A stretch of DNA of 41,093 nucleotides from Candidatus Proteinoplasmatales archaeon SG8-5 (GTDB lineage: Archaea > Thermoplasmatota > Thermoplasmata > SG8-5). Below are positions 8,122-16,548 of this stretch, piece by piece. The notes under the pieces are model-generated. The model had not been told where the DNA came from. It did no database searches and was given only the letters and a program-made list of their open reading frames with translations. The stretch is taken from positions 1 through 41,093 of the forward strand of contig LSSH01000085.1 in the NCBI GenBank assembly GCA_001595885.1, read 5' to 3'. The position numbers were made by a program, and so were the translations under genes. Numbering within the stretch: position 1 is the stretch's first letter; each line of letters begins with the position of its first letter.

Positions 8122-9012
8122 ATGGAGAAGATAAACGAGTTCGGGAGCTTTGCCGAGACCATCAGCGCCCTGGGTACACTTACGAAGCTCGAATCTGCCG
8201 TCGATGCGGCCGTCAAGAACTCAAAGGTCCCGGCCAGAGAGACGCGGAAGTTCCTCAAGTGCATGACCGTCGAGGAGGCCGGCAACACCGCACTGTTCCA
8301 GTTCATCAGGGAGCTGTTCGTGCGGGTGGGCCTGGGTCAGATGAAGCTGACGAGGAACGACATCTTCAGGTATGACATCGCCATCAATGAAAATCCCGTG
8401 GCCAAGCTGTATCCCAATGTCACCAACAAGAAGACGTGCTACATCACGGCCGAATCAATAATGGAGTTCTTCGCCAAGGACCTGGGGTTGCCCGGGAACT
8501 GCGAGGAGACGGCGTGCGTCAACGCGGGTGATGACCGTTGCGAGTTCTCGATATCTTTACAGCCGCTGGCCGTTTACCAGCTGGCCCTGGATGCCTCGGA
8601 CAAGGAGATAATAATGGCCATCATGGACGGCTCGACCGTTCAGAGCATCGCGACGAAGCTGGACATGAGCGACGAGGAGGCCCAGTACAGGCTGAGCGTG
8701 CTTAAGAGGTATCACATCCTCGATGAAAACTTTGCTATAACCGAGATCGGGGACACCTACCATAAATACGGGGAAGGAATGCCCATTCAGGAGGACGATT
8801 TCCCTCCGCCATGGAAAGATATGGCCGAGATATCGGGAGCCATATCGGCGTCGACCTCGTTCGCCGAGGCCTTCACAGAAACGGCTAAGGAGGAACCGTT
8901 GTGGGACGTGAACGAGGATGACATCGTGAACCTGGCCGACGAGGCTAAGAAAAGCACCAGCTTTGCTGAATTACTTTCAAAACAAATTAAGAACAAGGAA
9001 AAGGACGATTGA
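8122..9012 (+). CDS. V4R-domain protein with a C-terminal HTH and acidic tail
   Basis: GLGQM..., CYITAESIMEFF, CEETACVNAGDDRCEF (V4R signature), then IATKLDMSDEEAQYRLSVLKRYHIL. Confidence 0.8.
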   Translation: MEKINEFGSFAETISALGTLTKLESAVDAAVKNSKVPARETRKFLKCMTVEEAGNTALFQFIRELFVRVGLGQMKLTRNDIFRYDIAINENPVAKLYPNVTNKKTCYITAESIMEFFAKDLGLPGNCEETACVNAGDDRCEFSISLQPLAVYQLALDASDKEIIMAIMDGSTVQSIATKLDMSDEEAQYRLSVLKRYHILDENFAITEIGDTYHKYGEGMPIQEDDFPPPWKDMAEISGAISASTSFAEAFTETAKEEPLWDVNEDDIVNLADEAKKSTSFAELLSKQIKNKEKDD

Positions 9013-9026
9013 ACGGAGGAATGAGA

Positions 9027-9902
9027 ATGGAAAGAATTAAGACGGGAATATATGGGTTGGATCAACTCATTGAAGGTGGACTGAGAGACAACACGGCCAT
9101 TGTGGTTGTAGGTTCCAGTGGTACAGGAAAGACCACTTTTGGGATGCAGTTCCTAATGCACGGCATTGAGAACGGCGAGCAGGGTCTCTACGTTACCATG
9201 GAGGAATCCCCAGAACAACTCATGAAAGAAGCGGAGATGCTTGGATGGGATATGAAGAAGCACTATGAAAAATCCCTCTTCTTCATCCACCTCAAGGGGA
9301 AGAATTTCAAGAAGATGATCGACGAGCAGATCCCGCAACTGGTCAAGGCCAGGAGCGATTACGACATCAAGACACGAGTGGTGATTGACCCAATGACACC
9401 TGTCATCTGGGCGACTGAAGATAAACTTCATCAGAGAGAGCTCATCGGTAAGCTGTTCTACACTCTGAAGGAACTTGGTGTTGTCATGGCCACCGTGGAG
9501 GAGCATTCCAAGCCGGGCGAGATAGTCGGCGAGGATGTACTGCTTCCCGTCTACCTGGCCGACGGCGTCATTGACCTCGAGTACTACCCGATCGGCGGGG
9601 CTTTCAACCGTACCCTCAAGATCATCAAGATGAGGGGGACGCACCACGGCGAGGGAGTGTACCCTTACATATTTGCCAGGGGCATCGGCATAGTGATAAG
9701 GACCTCCCAGGTCGAGGCGGTAAAGGTCGAGGAGGGAAAGAACTTCGATTCCATCTTCGACGAGGCGATAAAAACTGCCGAGTTCATCAAGGCACCCGAT
9801 TACATAATCACCAAACTGAAGAACATGAAGGAAGGCTGGACATACAACTATTCCCCAGAAGAGGCCTTACAGGTGATATTCGACTCCTATGGTTTGAAGT
9901 AA
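9027..9902 (+). CDS. Single-domain KaiC/RAD55-family RecA-fold ATPase
   Basis: RIKTGIYGLDQLIEGG, Walker A GSSGTGKT, YVTMEESPE, RVVIDP, YLADGVI, RTLKIIKMRG. RBS GGAGG at 9015; alternative start at 9021. Confidence 0.93.
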   Translation: MERIKTGIYGLDQLIEGGLRDNTAIVVVGSSGTGKTTFGMQFLMHGIENGEQGLYVTMEESPEQLMKEAEMLGWDMKKHYEKSLFFIHLKGKNFKKMIDEQIPQLVKARSDYDIKTRVVIDPMTPVIWATEDKLHQRELIGKLFYTLKELGVVMATVEEHSKPGEIVGEDVLLPVYLADGVIDLEYYPIGGAFNRTLKIIKMRGTHHGEGVYPYIFARGIGIVIRTSQVEAVKVEEGKNFDSIFDEAIKTAEFIKAPDYIITKLKNMKEGWTYNYSPEEALQVIFDSYGLK

Positions 9903-9917
9903 GGTCGGAGGACTTGG

Positions 9918-10709
9918 ATGGCAAGCGACAAGAAGATAGACAAGCGAATGGAGGCCGAGACGGTCGTACAGTTAAAGCACATGCTGGAGATGGAGCTGAA
10001 GAGGATCCAGGAGACCAACAAGGTCGACATCATCATGTTCGTCGGTATTGACGGGCGCATATTCAGTTCTCTGATACCGCAGCTACTGGACGGCACGCAG
10101 TTCCGACTTCTGAACCTTGTCAAAGGTAACCTTCCTTCCATCTGCAGCCAACTGACGGCCGAGAACCTGGAGATCAGCATCCATAAGTACAAGGACGGCA
10201 CCGTGGTCATCTCCGGTGTCGGGGACAACTGCTTCCTGGTCTCGATATTCACAAAGGAAGTGGATATCAAGGAGCTTCAACCGGTGGTGACCGGTATTAC
10301 CAAGGGCAGCGCCGTGCTGAATCACCTCTTCGAGCTCAAGCCCATAACCCCCGAGGCAATGCAGGGGTATGACGATGAAGTAATCGAGGAGCTGTCGAAG
10401 CTTACGAGGCTGCTCTTCGTGGAGAAGTTTGACGAGACAAGGGAGTACAAGCGAAACATGGAGCTGCTCAAGTTCATGAAGAACAAGATAGGCAGCGTGG
10501 TGGGCATCGGTGCGGTTGACGAGATAGTCACGGTCACGATGAACGAGCTCGGTACTTCGGCCCCTTACATGAAGGAAAAGGACTGGATCAAGTTCACAGA
10601 GATGATAATCGACACCCATATCAAGAAGGCCAGCGGTGACATTGTCGCCGATGAGTGCAGGAAGACATGGATACCAGAGATAGAACGCAAACTCAAATCC
10701 TTCGTTTGA
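9918..10709 (+). CDS. Roadblock/LC7 (MglB-like) domain protein with an extra C-terminal helical domain
   Basis: ELKRIQETNKVDIIMFVGIDGRIFSS...LEISIHKYKDGTVVISGVGDNCFLVSI is the Roadblock alpha-beta pattern. Confidence 0.75.
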   Translation: MASDKKIDKRMEAETVVQLKHMLEMELKRIQETNKVDIIMFVGIDGRIFSSLIPQLLDGTQFRLLNLVKGNLPSICSQLTAENLEISIHKYKDGTVVISGVGDNCFLVSIFTKEVDIKELQPVVTGITKGSAVLNHLFELKPITPEAMQGYDDEVIEELSKLTRLLFVEKFDETREYKRNMELLKFMKNKIGSVVGIGAVDEIVTVTMNELGTSAPYMKEKDWIKFTEMIIDTHIKKASGDIVADECRKTWIPEIERKLKSFV

Positions 10710-10718
10710 TAAACAGGG

Positions 10719-13559
10719 ATGGGAAGAATGGCAAAGGCGAAGAAGACGACGAGGAAGAGCACGACTTCTAAAACTAGTAAGCCAAAGGCCTCGACAAAGA
10801 AGAAGTCGCTTGCCAAGAAGACCCCCAAAAAGACTGAAAAGAAGACCGATAAGAAGCCGGAGCTCATTTGCCAGTTTTGCGAAAAACCCATGAAGGACGA
10901 GAAGACGAAGAAGGTCCACGAAAGTAATTGTAAGAAGAAGAAGGAAGAGAAGGAGAAGAAGCCGCCCAAGAAGGATCTGGAGGAGGCCGTTGCGAAGTTA
11001 AAGGACGAGTTCGAGGACCAGAAGAGAGTATTCAGCGACCGCTTCACCGAGCGGGAGGACAGGCTCCACGAGGAGATACGCGAGCTCAAGGAAGTGCTCA
11101 GGCTGGAGATAGAGCACCGCCACAAGGAGCGGGAGCGGCGGAAGCGGGAGGAGTCGGAGACCGCGGCGGCGGAGGCCGTGCTGGAAGAGGTCGCGGAGGC
11201 GATTGATAAGGAGATGGAGACCTCGGAGGAGACCGCCCGGGAACCGGAGCCATCACCGATACCGGTTGCCCAACCACCAACCCAGATACCGGCCGAAGAC
11301 GCTCCAAGGGCCATTGACATGATTCCGACGCCTGTGCCCGAGATTCCGCCGCCGAAATCCCCCGAGCAGATTGCACCTGGAATCGGCGCAGCTTCGCCTG
11401 AAGAGGTTACGGTTGAAACGGCGGAGATCCCCCCCTCGGAATCGAAGGAGGTCGCAGCCGAGGAACCCGCTGTTCAGCCAGAGGCGGAATCCGAGCCCAA
11501 GATCGACATGGACAGGGAGGCCATCGTCACGCTTATCCGTGAGGAATTGGGGAAAAAGGACGAAGAGAAGGCCGGTCCCGTTATCGAACTGGACGGGATC
11601 ACCGGACAGATCGATGACCTTTCAACGGAGGTCAAGACGCTCAAGAGAGACCTGGAGACAACTTCCTCAAATCTCAGGAAAACGCTGGACAAGATTGAGT
11701 ATGACGCTGAATTCAAGAGAATCGAGCGCGAGCTCAACAAGTTCTCGGAGAAGATAGCCGAGATTATGGACGAGATCGGGTTCGGCGAGCAACTGAACGT
11801 TTCAAAGATACCGCCGACCATCCTGGAGATAGTCTATCAGGCCACGCTGGACGACCTGACTCTCGAGCTGGCCCGGGCGATGGGCACCCAGGATGCGGAA
11901 AAGGTCTCAAGGGCTGCTTTGGAGGAGGTAAGGTTGAAGACGAGCGGCAGCGAGCTCTTCAAGTTCGACGGGCGCAAGATCGTTACCGATAATCTTGCCC
12001 ATTCCATAGAGGCCAACCTCATCTCGGCAAAGCAGATACAGACCACCTACGACGAATTGCTCAGCCGGCTGCTCGAGAATCTCCCCCATCACAAGGCAAA
12101 GAACTTCAGGGCAATGATCAAGGTGAAGAGCCAGGAGTTCGCAGTTGACAGGGCGACAATGCTGACGAAGCACACGGACCGACTTGAGAACGTGCTCGAG
12201 ACCTCCAGCCAGATGCTGGCGGCCTTGTCAGCGCAGCTGAACTCGCTTCAGCTGGAGCTCAGGGAGGAACTTGACGACATCAAGAACAACATGATATTGA
12301 CCAAGGCCGAGGCCTCTGATATCGACCTCATCAAAATCAAGATGAACGAGAGGGACGAGAGGGAGGCAAAGCTCATGAAAGACCTCTCATTGTTGAGGGC
12401 CGAGGTGGAGATGGGAAAGAAGCTGGCAAAGAAGGATGAGAAACCGAAGATGGAATTGGGGGCGGAAGTGAAACCAACCGAGGATAAGCCCGCCAAGAAG
12501 GAGGAAGAGGTTAAGGAGGAGCCGCCGAAGGATGAGGCCGAAACATCCACGCTTGAGGCCGATGTCTTAAAGGCCATCTCCGACGGAGCTGGTTCAAAGA
12601 CGGCCATCAAGAAGAGCACCGGTCTGAAGGAGAAGGAGATTCTTGAGGCTGTTTCAAAACTCGTAAAGGACAAGAGAATCATCGAGAAGAAAGCTGGAAA
12701 GAGGATATCCTACATGACGCCGGATAAAGAACTTGAGGATAAGATCAAGAAGAAGGAGAAACCAAAGGAAGAGAAAAAACCTGAGGTCCCGGAAGTTATT
12801 GAAGGTGAGGATATCATTGTTGTGCCGGAGGGACCTCCGGAGGAAGAGCCCAAAACAAAGAAAGGGCCCAAAAAGAAGGCCGGGGACAAAATGGCAATGG
12901 AAGAGCCTGAGAAGAAGCCCAAGAAGGCTCCGAAGAAAGAGCCTGAAAAGAAAGAAGAGAAGACGCCGCCCAAGAAGGCTCCGAAGAAAGAACCTAAAAA
13001 GAAGGAAGAGAAGAAACCTGAAAAGAAAGCTGAAGATGAGAAGAAGGCACCTTCTGAGAAGGCGAAGGAAAAGATTGAAGAGAAAGCGCCCAAAAAGGAG
13101 GCTGAAGAAGAACCTAAACCCGAGAAAGAGAAGCCAGAGCCTGAAAAGCCGGTCGAGGAAATGGAGCCCGAGGTGTCAAAGGAGCCAGAAGAGCCCGTGG
13201 AACCGAAGGAACCAGATCCGGAAAAGGCCCCTGATAAGAAACCAAAGAAGGAGCCCGAAAAGGAACCTGAAGAGCCCGAGATATCCATACCGACTGAGTC
13301 CAAGGGTCTCGACGAATTAAGCGAGGAAGAGAGAATGGTCCTGGAGGCCATCACGGAGGATGGTCTTACCAGGTCGGGGATCCAATCCAAGGTCGGCAAG
13401 GACCTGAACTACACCACCGTGCTCAGGGCGCTGCGGGTGCTCATCGATTCGGGCTACGTGGGTATCGTTACGAAGGGCAGGCTCACCCTTTATCAGAAAA
13501 TCAGTGTCAAAGAAATGGATAAACCTGAAAAGGAGAAGAACAAAAAGGAGGTGAAATGA
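10719..13559 (+). CDS. Large K/E/P-rich coiled-coil protein with an N-terminal C2HC Zn finger and two winged-helix domains
   Basis: Lys-rich N-tail, CQFC-x12-H-x3-C, heptad coiled coils flanking a globular core, and wHTHs at VLKAISDGAGSKTAIKKSTGL...VSKLVKDKRI and VLEAITEDGLTRSGIQSKVG...LRVLIDSGYV. Alternative start at 10728. Confidence 0.75.
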   Translation: MGRMAKAKKTTRKSTTSKTSKPKASTKKKSLAKKTPKKTEKKTDKKPELICQFCEKPMKDEKTKKVHESNCKKKKEEKEKKPPKKDLEEAVAKLKDEFEDQKRVFSDRFTEREDRLHEEIRELKEVLRLEIEHRHKERERRKREESETAAAEAVLEEVAEAIDKEMETSEETAREPEPSPIPVAQPPTQIPAEDAPRAIDMIPTPVPEIPPPKSPEQIAPGIGAASPEEVTVETAEIPPSESKEVAAEEPAVQPEAESEPKIDMDREAIVTLIREELGKKDEEKAGPVIELDGITGQIDDLSTEVKTLKRDLETTSSNLRKTLDKIEYDAEFKRIERELNKFSEKIAEIMDEIGFGEQLNVSKIPPTILEIVYQATLDDLTLELARAMGTQDAEKVSRAALEEVRLKTSGSELFKFDGRKIVTDNLAHSIEANLISAKQIQTTYDELLSRLLENLPHHKAKNFRAMIKVKSQEFAVDRATMLTKHTDRLENVLETSSQMLAALSAQLNSLQLELREELDDIKNNMILTKAEASDIDLIKIKMNERDEREAKLMKDLSLLRAEVEMGKKLAKKDEKPKMELGAEVKPTEDKPAKKEEEVKEEPPKDEAETSTLEADVLKAISDGAGSKTAIKKSTGLKEKEILEAVSKLVKDKRIIEKKAGKRISYMTPDKELEDKIKKKEKPKEEKKPEVPEVIEGEDIIVVPEGPPEEEPKTKKGPKKKAGDKMAMEEPEKKPKKAPKKEPEKKEEKTPPKKAPKKEPKKKEEKKPEKKAEDEKKAPSEKAKEKIEEKAPKKEAEEEPKPEKEKPEPEKPVEEMEPEVSKEPEEPVEPKEPDPEKAPDKKPKKEPEKEPEEPEISIPTESKGLDELSEEERMVLEAITEDGLTRSGIQSKVGKDLNYTTVLRALRVLIDSGYVGIVTKGRLTLYQKISVKEMDKPEKEKNKKEVK
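12918..13019 (+). repeat. 51-bp in-frame tandem duplication (PKKAPKKEPxKKEEKxP x2)
   Basis: cccaagaaggctccgaagaaaga... starts at 12918 and again at 12969. Confidence 0.8.
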
Positions 13560-13560
13560 A

Positions 13561-14193
13561 ATGCTCGATGTAGCATTGGTCTCGCTTATCCAAGACATGA
13601 GCGAGAAGGCTGGTGTCGAGGGCACCATCCAATACTGGGCTAGAGTGGGTGAAAGCCTGGCCAAGAGAATGGGCAAGGAAGCGTATATGGGTTGGCCGTC
13701 CTTCAACGTCGCGTTGAGGGAGGGTCGAACAGCGTTTTCCATAGAGGGAAGCGTCACTGCCTTGACCGACCTGGCCATAACAGACGTGGACGGCGACGTT
13801 GTCGGTTACATCTACGCGTTGGAGACCTGTGTCTTCAACCCGACTATCGTGCGGATACGATACAGCGTCGGCGAGTTGCCGAGGGCAGATAGTGCCGTCG
13901 CAGAGGAATACAACAACAGCGTCAGGGACACGGCGGTCTGCAACTTCTGCGTGATACACCAGAGGTTCAGGGAGGAGGTGGCAAAGAACATCTCCATCGC
14001 CGACCAGGCGTTGGACTGCGTGCAGCTGGCCAACAGGGGCTTCACAGGTGACACGAAGATCGCTGAGGATGCCCTTAAGAAGATAGGCATCAACCCCGAG
14101 TACGTCCGCAGTCTGTTGAGGAACTACGCATGTGTCTACGCCATCCTGATGAGGGGCGCAAGACTCAAGGGCGAGGAAGAGGAGGCAGAGTAG
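13561..14193 (+). CDS. Hypothetical V4R/MetOD1-like Cys/His protein (paralog A)
   Basis: YWARVGESLAKRM, ETCVFNP, CNFCVIHQRFREEVA; RBS GGAGGTGA upstream. Confidence 0.55.
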   Translation: MLDVALVSLIQDMSEKAGVEGTIQYWARVGESLAKRMGKEAYMGWPSFNVALREGRTAFSIEGSVTALTDLAITDVDGDVVGYIYALETCVFNPTIVRIRYSVGELPRADSAVAEEYNNSVRDTAVCNFCVIHQRFREEVAKNISIADQALDCVQLANRGFTGDTKIAEDALKKIGINPEYVRSLLRNYACVYAILMRGARLKGEEEEAE

Positions 14194-14205
14194 GAGGTGA
14201 GATGA

Positions 14206-14820
14206 ATGGGAGAAAGGAGAAAAGGTTTGATAGCAGACAACCCGTTCGTTGACGTTGCCGCCTGCCTGTTCCTCGAGGACATCGCAGACAAGCAAGGAGC
14301 CAGCGGGATGAACAACTATCTTGTCAGCCTTGCGACGTCCCTCGCCAAGAGCATGCCCGAAGAGGAGTACGCCACATGGGACGACTTCCTCGACTCGTTG
14401 GTAAAGGGCGAGTCCATCATATCCGCGTTCGAGGATGTGATTACCGTCACGCCGCACTGCGCGGTCACGACCGAGTGCCCGTTCACAAAGGGCTGGCTCG
14501 AATACACCAAGAGGATCGGAACGTTCTCGAAGATACATACGGACGTGGCCGAGTATTATAACTCCGTATACAAGCCCGGCACGATCAACTCAATGTGTAT
14601 CATCCACCAGACCTTCAGGAACGCGGCGGCCGAGAGGATCAAGATCGCAGGCAAGATCCTGAAGATATCCCAGGTCGCGGCTGTCTGGGAGGACGGGACC
14701 AGGAAGATAGCGCCGGACGAGTGGGTGCCCATATTGCTGGAGAAGGCTCAGATAACCGGGACAGACCTGAACATGATATTGAGGAACAACGCAGACGTCT
14801 GGGTGATGTACACAGAGTGA
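14206..14820 (+). CDS. Hypothetical V4R/MetOD1-like Cys/His protein (paralog B)
   Basis: YLVSLATSLAKSM, TECPFTK, SMCIIHQTFRNAAA; RBS GGAGGTGA upstream. Confidence 0.55.
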   Translation: MGERRKGLIADNPFVDVAACLFLEDIADKQGASGMNNYLVSLATSLAKSMPEEEYATWDDFLDSLVKGESIISAFEDVITVTPHCAVTTECPFTKGWLEYTKRIGTFSKIHTDVAEYYNSVYKPGTINSMCIIHQTFRNAAAERIKIAGKILKISQVAAVWEDGTRKIAPDEWVPILLEKAQITGTDLNMILRNNADVWVMYTE

Positions 14821-14985
14821 TCCACCGAACAGAAGCGTGACGAACGCTATTCCAGGCATGCCCAGTCATATCAGTGGTAAACCTTATCATATGGTCTGGA
14901 TATACCGTATCCGGCCCTTATCTCAGGATGGACCGAGTGTGTCAGCACCTGCATTCCGGACCTGAAAGAAGGGAGAGGTGAAGGC

Positions 14986-15543
14986 GTGATCGAGCTGGCA
15001 AGGAGCGGTGACCTCATATTCTACAAGTTTGAGGAACCTTCTGAGATAAACAAGTTCCATATACTCGGTTCCGAAGACGGGAGGTTCTCCGGTGGGGGTT
15101 TCGAGTTCTTCCGAGGTCTGGGCATCATCGGATACGACAAGACCTTCAAGATATGGCTCAGGAAGTTCCCGAGACCCATCTTCATCGTGGCTGCCAAGGG
15201 CAATCACATTTACTCTTGGGTGTTCATCGAGGAATGGTTAGAGGAAGCTTCGGTCGACGGGATGGCCGTTTGGGTTCTCAGGGCGATAGAGACGCTTCCG
15301 TCGGAACGGAGGAAGAAGATAGGGTTCAGGCTCGTTGTCCTAGGGGCAAAGCAGAGCACCGGTTACCTTATCACCAAACCGTTGACGCCGGAGGCCGAGA
15401 GGTTCTTCAGGATGTGCGGGTTCATGTCCCCGAAAGAGTTCAAGAAACCGCCCATCGACTTCACGCGGCATCCTGGCCACTTGATACTTCCGCCGTACAA
15501 AAAGGAGCAGCTGATCGAGCAGGTTGATGATTATTTTAAATAA
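14986..15543 (+). CDS. GNAT-fold acetyltransferase-like protein
   Basis: LRAIETLPSERRKKIGFRL (motif A-like) and PEAERFFRMCGF (motif B). GTG start after AGGTGA. Confidence 0.7.
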   Translation: MIELARSGDLIFYKFEEPSEINKFHILGSEDGRFSGGGFEFFRGLGIIGYDKTFKIWLRKFPRPIFIVAAKGNHIYSWVFIEEWLEEASVDGMAVWVLRAIETLPSERRKKIGFRLVVLGAKQSTGYLITKPLTPEAERFFRMCGFMSPKEFKKPPIDFTRHPGHLILPPYKKEQLIEQVDDYFK

Positions 15544-15549
15544 GAAAAG

Positions 15550-15572
15550 ACCAGTGGCGCGTGGCCACTGGT
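15550..15572 (-). terminator. Hairpin terminator between convergent genes
   Basis: 9-bp stem ACCAGTGGC/GCCACTGGT with a 5-nt loop, followed on the minus strand by CTTTTCTT. Confidence 0.6.
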
Positions 15573-15580
15573 GTGGGGAC

Positions 15581-16480
15581 TCAAAAGAGGGAGAGTATCT
15601 CATTGCCGAACTGCTCGGCCTTGGTCTCTCCGATGCCGTAGATGGACTGCAGGTCCTCTACCGATGCTGGGTCCTTGCTTGCTAGTTCCCTCAGTGTCCG
15701 GTTCTGAAGCACGAAATACTTGGGCTTGCCCATCTCCTCCGACTTCTTGTCCCTCCACTCCTGCAGCAGGCCCTTGCGCCTCTCGACCTCCTCGATCTCC
15801 AGGTTGGACTCGACCTCCACTGGGAGGTCGTCACCGCCGGCCAGGACGTCCAGGCCCTTGCTCGTGATGACGAGCACCGGGAACTCGGATTCCTCCGCGT
15901 AGGCGATGTAGTTCTCCTCGATGAGCCAGTCTATGAGCGCGAGCACCTCCTTCATGGATGCGCCCTTGGCTACGCCGTACTGGCCCAGCTTGCCGATGTT
16001 TATGGTCAAGACCTTCTTCGACACGGAGCCCGTTAACACGCGGGCTATTGTGGTGCGACCGTAGGTCCCGCCCATGTCGAACACGCATTTCAACACAGAG
16101 AGCGCTAGGCTTGAGGTCTCGGTCTCGGCGGGAACGCCCTGCAGGGCGATGACCTCCGTGAAGGCCATTGTCAGCTGCTGTCCGTTCTCGGTAGTGGCGA
16201 ACACCTCGATGTCCGCGTCCACGACGTTGCGGGCGAGGCTGATCTCCGCCCCGCTGTCTATGTAGCATATCGGGCGGACGCCAGCGCACAGGTTGTGCAC
16301 GACAACCGCGCCGTCGGGCCTGGCGGTCATCAGGACCTTTCCGTCGAATTCCTTCGTAACGGCCTCGTTGACGTACGTGCCCCGGCACTGGCCGACCACG
16401 ATGATGGTCTGGAGGTTGGTCATTTCGTTCGTTTGGCTTTGCATATCGTTTGTTTCGTTTTGGTTCATTTTTTCAACCAT
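15581..16480 (-). CDS. Fusion of a NucS/EndoMS N-terminal-like domain with RecQ RQC and HRDC domains, with no catalytic domain
   Basis: IIVVGQCRGTY...VLMTARPDGAVVVH...VRPICY (NucS-N like); YGRTTIARVLTGS...LIDWLIEENYI...PVLVITSKG (RQC); LQEWRDKKSEEMGKPKYFVLQNRTLRELA..P...LQSIYGIGETKAEQFGNEIL (HRDC). Start at 16480 or 16468. Confidence 0.8.
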   Translation of the reverse strand: MVEKMNQNETNDMQSQTNEMTNLQTIIVVGQCRGTYVNEAVTKEFDGKVLMTARPDGAVVVHNLCAGVRPICYIDSGAEISLARNVVDADIEVFATTENGQQLTMAFTEVIALQGVPAETETSSLALSVLKCVFDMGGTYGRTTIARVLTGSVSKKVLTINIGKLGQYGVAKGASMKEVLALIDWLIEENYIAYAEESEFPVLVITSKGLDVLAGGDDLPVEVESNLEIEEVERRKGLLQEWRDKKSEEMGKPKYFVLQNRTLRELASKDPASVEDLQSIYGIGETKAEQFGNEILSLF

Positions 16481-16482
16481 CC

Positions 16483-16548
16483 TGCCTTCTTCGGAAGGCA
16501 ACGGCTTCGGGCATTCGGGTGTATGCCCCGAATGCCTCACTACGAAGC
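16483..16548 (-). promoter_or_regulatory. Structured 5' leader with two hairpins
   Basis: TGCCTTC-TTCG-GAAGGCA (16483-16500); GGCATTCGGG/CCCGAATGCC (16510-16536) enclosed by GCTTCG/CGAAGC (16504-16548). Confidence 0.55.

Noticed and set aside
9027-9902. Circadian clock KaiC or archaellum ArlH/FlaH
   Set aside because: Single domain, with no KaiA/KaiB and no archaellum genes nearby; only family-level assignment is justified.
10083-13399. Long Ser/Phe-rich minus-strand ORFs and an Arg-rich plus-strand ORF (12733-13320)
   Set aside because: Frame and strand shadows of the low-complexity K/E/P regions of the 946-aa gene.
10719-13559. SMC/Rad50-type ATPase
   Set aside because: No Walker A/B or signature motifs despite the coiled coils.
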